DNA of 64,000 bases, taken from the NCBI GenBank assembly GCA_964187785.1, contig OZ076412.1, positions 12,152,001-12,216,000 on the forward strand, read 5' to 3'. How positions within the stretch are numbered: the first letter of the stretch is position 1; each line of letters begins with the position of its first letter. Shown here one piece after another: positions 11,981 through 64,000 of the stretch. The notes beneath the pieces were generated by a model. It saw only the letters and a program-made list of their open reading frames with translations. It had not been told where the DNA came from and searched no databases. This DNA is from Amphiscolops sp. MND2022. Its lineage: Eukaryota. Made by a program: the position numbers and the translations under genes.

Positions 11981-14083
11981 TTGAACAATTTGATCAGCTT
12001 ACAGTTACAACGGTGCATTGTTCCAACTGAGAAAAGTGACAAGGTTCAACTACATTTGTTTACAGACGCTTGCGAAGTAGCCTTTGCCGCAGTTATTTAC
12101 ATGCGAATAACAGACTCTTCGGGAAAAATTTTCACTAACTTGGTTTCCAGCAAAACACGATTTGCTCCCAATAAAACAATTTCCGTACCACGTCTCGTGT
12201 TGTGTGGAGCACATCTTGGAAGCGAACTTCTAACAAAAAATAAGGACGTATTGGAACTGTCTACTTTCCCTCAGCCTGAAATATATGGCTGGACGGACTC
12301 TACGATTGTGTTACAGCGGTTAGCACAACTTCCACGAACATGGACAAGTTTTGTTGACAATCGTATATCCGAAATTCAACAAATTTTTCCTCGGGCAAAC
12401 TGGAATCATGTCAAGTCAAATTCCAATCCGGCTGATTGTGCATCACGCGGGACTCTTGTCAAAGATCTCATAGACACAAGTTTGTGGTGGCACGGTCCTG
12501 ATTGGCTCTCTCAACCCGAAAGCACCTGGCCACAGCCTTCTTCAACGGTGAATGAAGAAAACAAGCAACAGATCGAGTCGGAGAAAAAACACAAAAGATT
12601 CGAGACTGTTGCAAGTGCAGTAATTGCACCTCAGCCCTGGATAGACATCAGCCGTTACAGTAGCCTCTGGAAACTTCAACGCATCATAGCGACGATCATC
12701 AAGGCTTCTCATCTCTTCAAAGATGTCTCCAAAGAAGTTTCAGTTACACCTCAACTTTTAAACCAAGCAAAACTCATCCTTTTGAGACAACATCAAGCAC
12801 AGTATTACGCCACAGACTTGGCAGTATTAACGACAGGCAAAGAATTTCCTCGCAACAGCAAAATTCTAAATCTCTCTCCTTTTCTCGACGAAGACACTGG
12901 AACCATACGGGTTGGCGGTCGTTTAGCACAAAGTCAGATACATCACGATCAGAAGTTTCCCTATCTTGTCCATTCTGACTCACATCTGGCCATTCTCATT
13001 CTTCGCTATTTTCATGAAGCTACCCTTCATGGCGGGGGGCAGCTGACGCTCAACAGCAGAGGCAAGAACTTGGGCAACAGAGTCATCAAAAACTGGGTGA
13101 AGTGCAGTAGATTCAATGGTGATGTACCTGTGCAGATAATGGCAGACTTGCCCAGTGAATGTTTGGATGCTGGTACTCCTTTCATAAATACTGGTGTTGA
13201 TTTTGCCGGACCTATTGTGACGAAACCTAACTGCAAAAACTACATAGCAATTTTTGTTTGTTTTGCAACGAAGGCAGTTCACATAGAAGTGGTGACGGAT
13301 TTGTCCAAAGATTCCTGTATACTGGCTTCAAAACGATTCATATCCAGACGTGGATTGCCGGAGCAACTATTCAGCGACAATGGATCGAACTTCATTGGAG
13401 CTAGAAATGATTTGATGAAAGTCAGAGCCATTCTCAGCAAGGATTCGGGCGGCAATTCTGTCACAGACTTCGCCATTCAAAAAGGCATTCAATGGGTGAC
13501 AATACCACCTCGAGCACCTCATTTTGGAGGCCTCTGGGAAGCGGCTGTGGAGTCCATGAAGCGACATCTGAGACGCAGTGTTGGTACCCAGATTCTGTCA
13601 TTCGAAGAACTCAATACATACCTCATCCAAATAGAGGCGATTCTGAATTCTCGGCCAATCACTTCGATGTCAAATGACCCAAACTATTTGAGACCACTCA
13701 CACCTGCTCATTTTCTTCTGGGAAGATCAATGAATGACATACCGGAGTCGAACCACAGTGTTGACGATGACAATCTTCACATGCAAACGAGACATCGATT
13801 GCTTGAGAAGATGAAGTTTTCTTTCTGGAAATCGTGGCATCGCGACTATCTGGTCACCCTGCAAATACGCAAAAAATGGCTTTCCAATGGACCAACATTT
13901 GCAGTTGGAGACCTGGTTTGGATTGCAGAGGATAATCAACGACCTTTACAATGGAAACTAGGCAGAATCACCGAGTTGTACTCAGGAAATGACAGTCTCA
14001 ATCGTGTTGCCAAAGTAATCACGGATACAGGAATGTTAGTACGACCTGTTGTAAAGCTTAGTAAGCTTCCCGTTGATCCTTAA
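11981..14083 (+). pseudogene. BEL/Pao pol part 2: RNase H, integrase and C-terminal DUF5641-like region
   Basis: LHLFTDACEVAFAAV, WTDSTIVL, SNPADCASRG, GVDFAGP, FSDNGSNF, PHFGGLWEAAV, FWKSWHRDYL and WKLGRITELY motifs. Confidence 0.95.
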
Positions 14084-15195
14084 TTGCCAGCAAATCACTC
14101 GCAGCTCAATTAGAAAGAAAAACATTTTGCAAAAAAAAATATTTTTTTTGGAACTCGAAAACTCTGACGCTTTTGGGATGACAAAACTAATCCCAAAAAT
14201 TGATGACCCATGGCATTGACCTATAAAATGCACCAATCGCTTCGAGGATGTTGCCTCCATAACGCCTTGGAAGCAGAATGTCCAATATCGCCCCTAAAGT
14301 GCGAAAAAATCGTCTTACCCTGATAGTGTCTGTTCTTACAATTGTTAACTTCAAGATTTTCGTTACTTTCTTAGTCACAATCCACTGATTACTTCTGGAT
14401 CTCTCAACCCTTGTTTGCATACATTCCAGGGCTAGCTTAGAGCAATTATGAATCCATTAAAGCTACATATTGAGAATTTCTCCCTTATTTTAATGATTTA
14501 CACTCATTTTCCACAACTTTGTTATTGAATGCCGACTGTCATTCCAGTGCCAAAACTTAGTGACGCTAGCGAAATTTGCCTATGGATATTCAAGAGGGCC
14601 AATACAGCTCTGTTATCAACGCCTTGGAGTTACAATTTCAATTTACTGCGAAAACAATCATTTTTCTTTATTTTTATTGAAAATTTTCACATCTAGTTGG
14701 TTCGATTGATGTGATGTTTTTCTAGTGCCAAAATACGCTCGACACTACACCAGCCGTATAAAAGGGTTTATTCGACTCCTAATAGTCTTGCCTACAACTT
14801 CTTGGAGCGGGATTTTCGCTTTTTGTCATTTATTTTCTTTTATTGACAAATAAACATACTCGAATTCACCACAGATTTAGCTGATAAATTATATAACAGA
14901 GAAGATACAGAAACAAAACTAACCAACAGAGAACCAGTTACAAACCTCACTCATTGGCATTTTCTGTTATTCTGTTCATATGGGGCAACAACTCGGGCTC
15001 AGAGATTTCCTCAAGAAATTTGATGATAAGATTTAATGATTTTCGTCATTTTTCAAGTATTTCTCACTTTTACACAAAGTGTTTGTCGCATGAATCGGCA
15101 AACAACCCCTGGATACGTGATTTACGATATTCTTATCAACAATTTGTATGCATTATATTATCTCTGGAATGTTACAGAAATTTTTGTGTCTTGCA

Positions 15196-17257
15196 TCAGT
15201 TGGCGAAACTTTCACTGAGTACGGAGAGCTCAAAAACCCTTGGGAAGACAGACAAAGGATACTCCAGGAGTTCCACTTCACTCAATGGAGTCAAATTCGG
15301 AGCATTCATCGCATCCTTAGCAGCCTTCCCAAAGTTAGCTAATCGTCTGTTCTTTTTACGACATTTGTATTGATTTCGTGGATTGCTATGACGAAGAAAC
15401 TTATTCAAATCGTAGTCAACAGCTTGAAAGGCCTCACAATGTTCCAAAACATCGCGCCGAAAGAAGAAAGGCCACACAGTTGGCTCTTCACTATTGAACA
15501 AACCAGTGGGTTCTCAAGCCTAAGGAACTGAGCAGCCTTCCATTGTTGCAAAGCAACTCTCCATTCCCTATCCTCGAGAAGTTTCACCAGCTGATCCAAC
15601 CCATAGCGATCAAGCCACTGCCTGATGAAACCTTTACCAGCGCCACTGCTGAATTGTCCAAAAACACGATTAGCTCTTTCTTGATCGTTAACATTAATAC
15701 CCTCCCAGCCATGCACAAGAGCCCATCGGACGGTCCCATCTGTATTCAAAGATCGCCCAGTGAGTACACAATGAGCATAGCAAGGAGGTTGAATGATGAC
15801 GTCTCCGGGCTCAGCGAAGTGATACCGCAAATCCCGTATCAACTTTCGTTCTCTCCTGCTGTATAACGTTTTTGGCTCAAATCATAGTCTGTACAAGTGA
15901 TTGAAAGATTGTACGCTCATAAGGAACTGAGAAGAGGCAATAGTGGACGCAAAAATCCAAATCTTGCGACCGGATTCCAATTTCGCTATACTTTCACTTC
16001 CTCCCCATTCAGTATATGCACAAGTAAACCAAGGGCCTTTGGTAGCTAAAAGAGCCTTGGAACGAATTTTAATGTATTTCGGATCGAGACAACTTATAAA
16101 CTTGTCGGGCAGTTCAAAGGAAAACGTCAAACAACCCTTGAAGCCAGGATTATCAGTGCCTACACTCCAACGATGAACAGTGGCTTTTGCTGCTGCCTTG
16201 AGAGAGAGAGAGAAAGACGATTAATTACTATACCTTATAAAAAAGAAACAACTTATTTGGTACAGTATGCGTAGTAATTAAAATGAAATTAAAATAAAGT
16301 AGCACTTTTGAACTATTGGAGAAGTTGGAAGCCGCGCCAAATATGGTTTTTATAAAAAGTTGGACAATCTTTGTAAAGTTGTATCATGTGTTCTTTGATA
16401 AGTTTCTTCCATTTTTCTCTCTTGTATTTGATTGTTCTCAGTTCAGTGGGTAAGGAAGTCCAACTTCTCACACAGGTATAAAAGTAAGATCCATGAAGAA
16501 ACTTACTGGAACCAGGCTCTTTCAATATAATTTTTTTGTTTCTTTCATTAATTCGAAAACTCATTCAAGATGATTCTGAAAAGCTGACCTTTCGTTTTTG
16601 AGAATCGAATATAATAAGTCAAATGATTTCAAGTCAATTCTTTCATACTTAAAATTTCTTCAGATATTCTCAAAGAGGTTGAGCATTTGTTTCTAGATCT
16701 GTAGAACACGGTTCTAAGAGCCCAATTCAGTTGTTTCTCTAAAGAAAGTAAAAGAGCACTACTGATGTCCGTTAAAAGAAGGTTACAATATTCAAAATGA
16801 CTTAGGACAAGAGCATGAAGCAGCACTTTTAAACATTTTTTGGGTAGGTTGTTGCTTATTGTTTGAATTGCTTTTATGCCAAGGGCCATTTTTTTAAGCA
16901 CACTTTTAACTTGATATTCGAAAGTTAGTTTATTGTCGATGATAATGTCTAAATACTTTACTTGAACGAGGAAAACAATGCGCCTTCGTTCCACGCTAAC
17001 TTTGCCTTCCCAGTCGAATTACAGAGGTTGTTTGCCTCAGGACCCCGAACAACAAGTGGCTGCATTGGGAAATTACCCACCCAGTTGCTCACAGAAACAA
17101 CTAGAATAGGAAGAAGCCCCCTCCTCCTCCACGGCAGACCACCTTGCTGCTCAGCAATCCTGAAAATACTCTCAACTTTTTTTTCATTTTCGATCATGCT
17201 ACTATGAGGTAACTCCTCGCCTCCGCCTCCTTCAACCCCTGAACATTCTATATTCAT
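15196..17257 (-). pseudogene. Antisense intronless cargo ORF with a JmjC (KDM2/KDM7-like 2OG-Fe(II) dioxygenase) domain, about 430 aa reconstructed; disrupted by a LINE insertion (16201-16960), TGA at 15882-15884 and a probable frameshift near 15500
   Basis: Segments 17257-16961, 16196-15885 and 15881-15405 join in one frame. Motifs KGPWFTCA(Y)TEWGGSESIAKLESGRKIWIF and YHFAEPGDVIIQPPCYAHCVLT match JmjC beta-strand motifs (HxD/E...K...H). Confidence 0.8.
16201..16960 (-). mobile_element. 5'-truncated CR1/L2-group LINE fragment (C-terminal RT region, 3' UTR, (CT)n tail) inserted in the BEL cargo ORF
   Basis: VKYLDIIIDNKLTF...LVLSHFEYCN...LEKQLNWALR and FYTCVRSWTSLP motifs typical of CR1/L2 RT C-termini; CTTGA at both junctions (16197-16201, 16961-16965). 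Confidence 0.82.
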
Positions 17258-17306
17258 TTCTGAAAATATTAAAGCATCTGACGCAGGTCCTTCAAGGCGG
17301 GCGGAA

Positions 17307-17562
17307 TGTTGAAGCTACAAAAATACGTTTCCAATTTTGAACAATGATGATTTCGAGCATGTTAATCATATTTCATATACACGTCAGCTTTCAAATTGAA
17401 TCATGATTTGTTCACATGTTTATGCTATTACTCACTTTTTTGTTGTTGATTAAATCAATTCAGCTGCTTCTGAATAGAAAACATTTCAGTTCTAAAAAAG
17501 ATTGTTTTGATAATAATCTCTTGCTCTCCCACAATAAAATCAAGCTATCAACATAAGCAACA
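17307..17562 (+). repeat. 3' LTR of BEL/Pao element (256 bp)
   Basis: Near-identical to the 5' LTRs; preceded by AAGGCGGGCGGAA (PPT-like, 17294-17306) and followed by TSD CCTCC. Confidence 0.95.
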
Positions 17563-17960
17563 CCTCCAATGTCTTCGTTTGTGGTCCACTGTATTCACTG
17601 TTTGTCCACTGGAAGACGTCTGGGTGCTCTCGTTGCCAGTGGCTCCGTTGATTCTGGTTGCTGAGCCATTGTTGGCGCAGTATAGGTTGCTGTCCGATAG
17701 CCACTCTTCTATCCGTTCTCCTCTATCTGGTGGTTGCAACATCTGATGCTGCGTATCAAGCTTACGTATTCAGACCTACCATCAAACGGAGTAGTCACCT
17801 GTTTCATTTGTTGCAGAAGTTGGACCATATGTCTTATTCTCCCAAGTGTTTGCGGGGGAAAATAAGGAACAAGCTTCAAATAACCATTGTATCTACATCG
17901 TCTACGGTGGAATTGGGGGGGGGGCTTTGTAAGAAACAAGGTGTATCTGGGTGGAAGTAA
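17563..17960 (-). mobile_element. Upstream endonuclease portion of the same I/Ingi-group LINE, on the far side of the BEL insertion
   Basis: QPPDRGERIEEWLSDSNLYCANNGSATRIN is APE-like and leads into GGSDHLP once the BEL element and one TSD are removed. The 5' boundary is approximate. Confidence 0.8.
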
Positions 17961-18540
17961 GAAACATGGTCCCTGAAGTTTCTGTGTTACCGATGAAAGC
18001 ATCTGTCCCCTATTTACCCCTTCCATCATTGTGTCGAAAACAGTTGTTTGTTCTAATTTCCTTTAAAAATGAAAGACGAAATCAAGGAGAGCATTTTGAA
18101 TGTTTCAGATGCACTAATACACTAAGGACTCCACATTGTGAAGCTGGTGTCTGAACTGCTCTTTCTAATTGCCTTTTTTCAGAATACTCCTATTAAAAAT
18201 GAGATTTTTCCAATTAGCTCTTCCCATTGAGCAAATAATTGTCAAATGATTCTTCGGTTGTAATGTTTAGTGCGCCAATTGCTACTGTATCAGTGACATA
18301 AGAGCATTTTGAGTTGATCTTTCCTAAAGCTATACATCTTGCTGTGACCGTAAAATACTGTGATTTGCAAAATATTGGGCATGGATTTGGTCACTGGGTC
18401 TGCAATGGATCGGGGCCTGAGTTTAGCTGGAATATCTAATGGTTTTTGGACCTTTTCAGAATGATTTTGCTTTTACGTTATCATTTTGTCCCCATGTAGT
18501 GCCGGTGATTTCCACGTCAACAGAAAGACAATAGATTATA

Positions 18541-63928
<45,388 letters not shown>

Positions 63929-64000
63929 GTTAGTAGACTGCAGCCCCCATTGAAGCCGCCAGTGAATTAGGTTTCGCCGAAAACCACGCTTATCGCTTGT

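Larger units (their letters stand above)
6184..17562 (+). mobile_element. BEL/Pao LTR retrotransposon, near full length but defective, with internal duplication, antisense cargo ORF and nested LINE fragment
   Basis: TG...CA LTRs at 6184-6440 and 17307-17562 (extra copy 8641-8897); identical 5-bp TSD CCTCC at 6179-6183 and 17563-17567; PBS-like TTTGGTACC after the LTR; purine tract before the 3' LTR; domain order gag-PR-RT-RH-IN. Confidence 0.96.

Noticed and set aside
14084-17306. env-like third ORF on the plus strand of the BEL element
   Set aside because: Plus-strand ORFs here are short antisense shadows with no signal peptide or TM pattern; the coding signal is on the minus strand.

Overview
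AT-rich, repeat-saturated animal (metazoan) genomic DNA; not prokaryotic, with no CRISPR, rRNA or intact tRNA. One host gene is present: a BRSK1/2 (SAD-1) AMPK-family kinase on the + strand. Ten coding exons run from ATG 18541 to at least 63928 (kinase domain, linker, UBA domain); reading frame and splice phases are continuous, and the gene probably continues past the window end. Its introns (75 bp to 16.7 kb) are packed with Helentron-type (HINE-like) non-autonomous elements, hAT/piggyBac/Tc1-type MITEs and CORE-like SINEs. Upstream is a nested TE stack. An I/Ingi-group LINE (APE-RT-RNase H, - strand) is interrupted by a nearly intact BEL/Pao LTR retrotransposon (6184-17562, TSD CCTCC). That element has a microhomology-bounded tandem duplication giving three LTRs, and a CR1/L2-type LINE fragment inserted into it. 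The standout observation: between pol and the 3' LTR the BEL/Pao element carries an intronless antisense ORF of about 430 codons. It is split by the LINE insertion, one stop and one probable frameshift, and encodes a JmjC domain resembling KDM2/KDM7 histone demethylases. This suggests a retrotransposon with captured chromatin-modifier cargo. All calls are from reading the sequence and ORF track by eye; no database searches were run.
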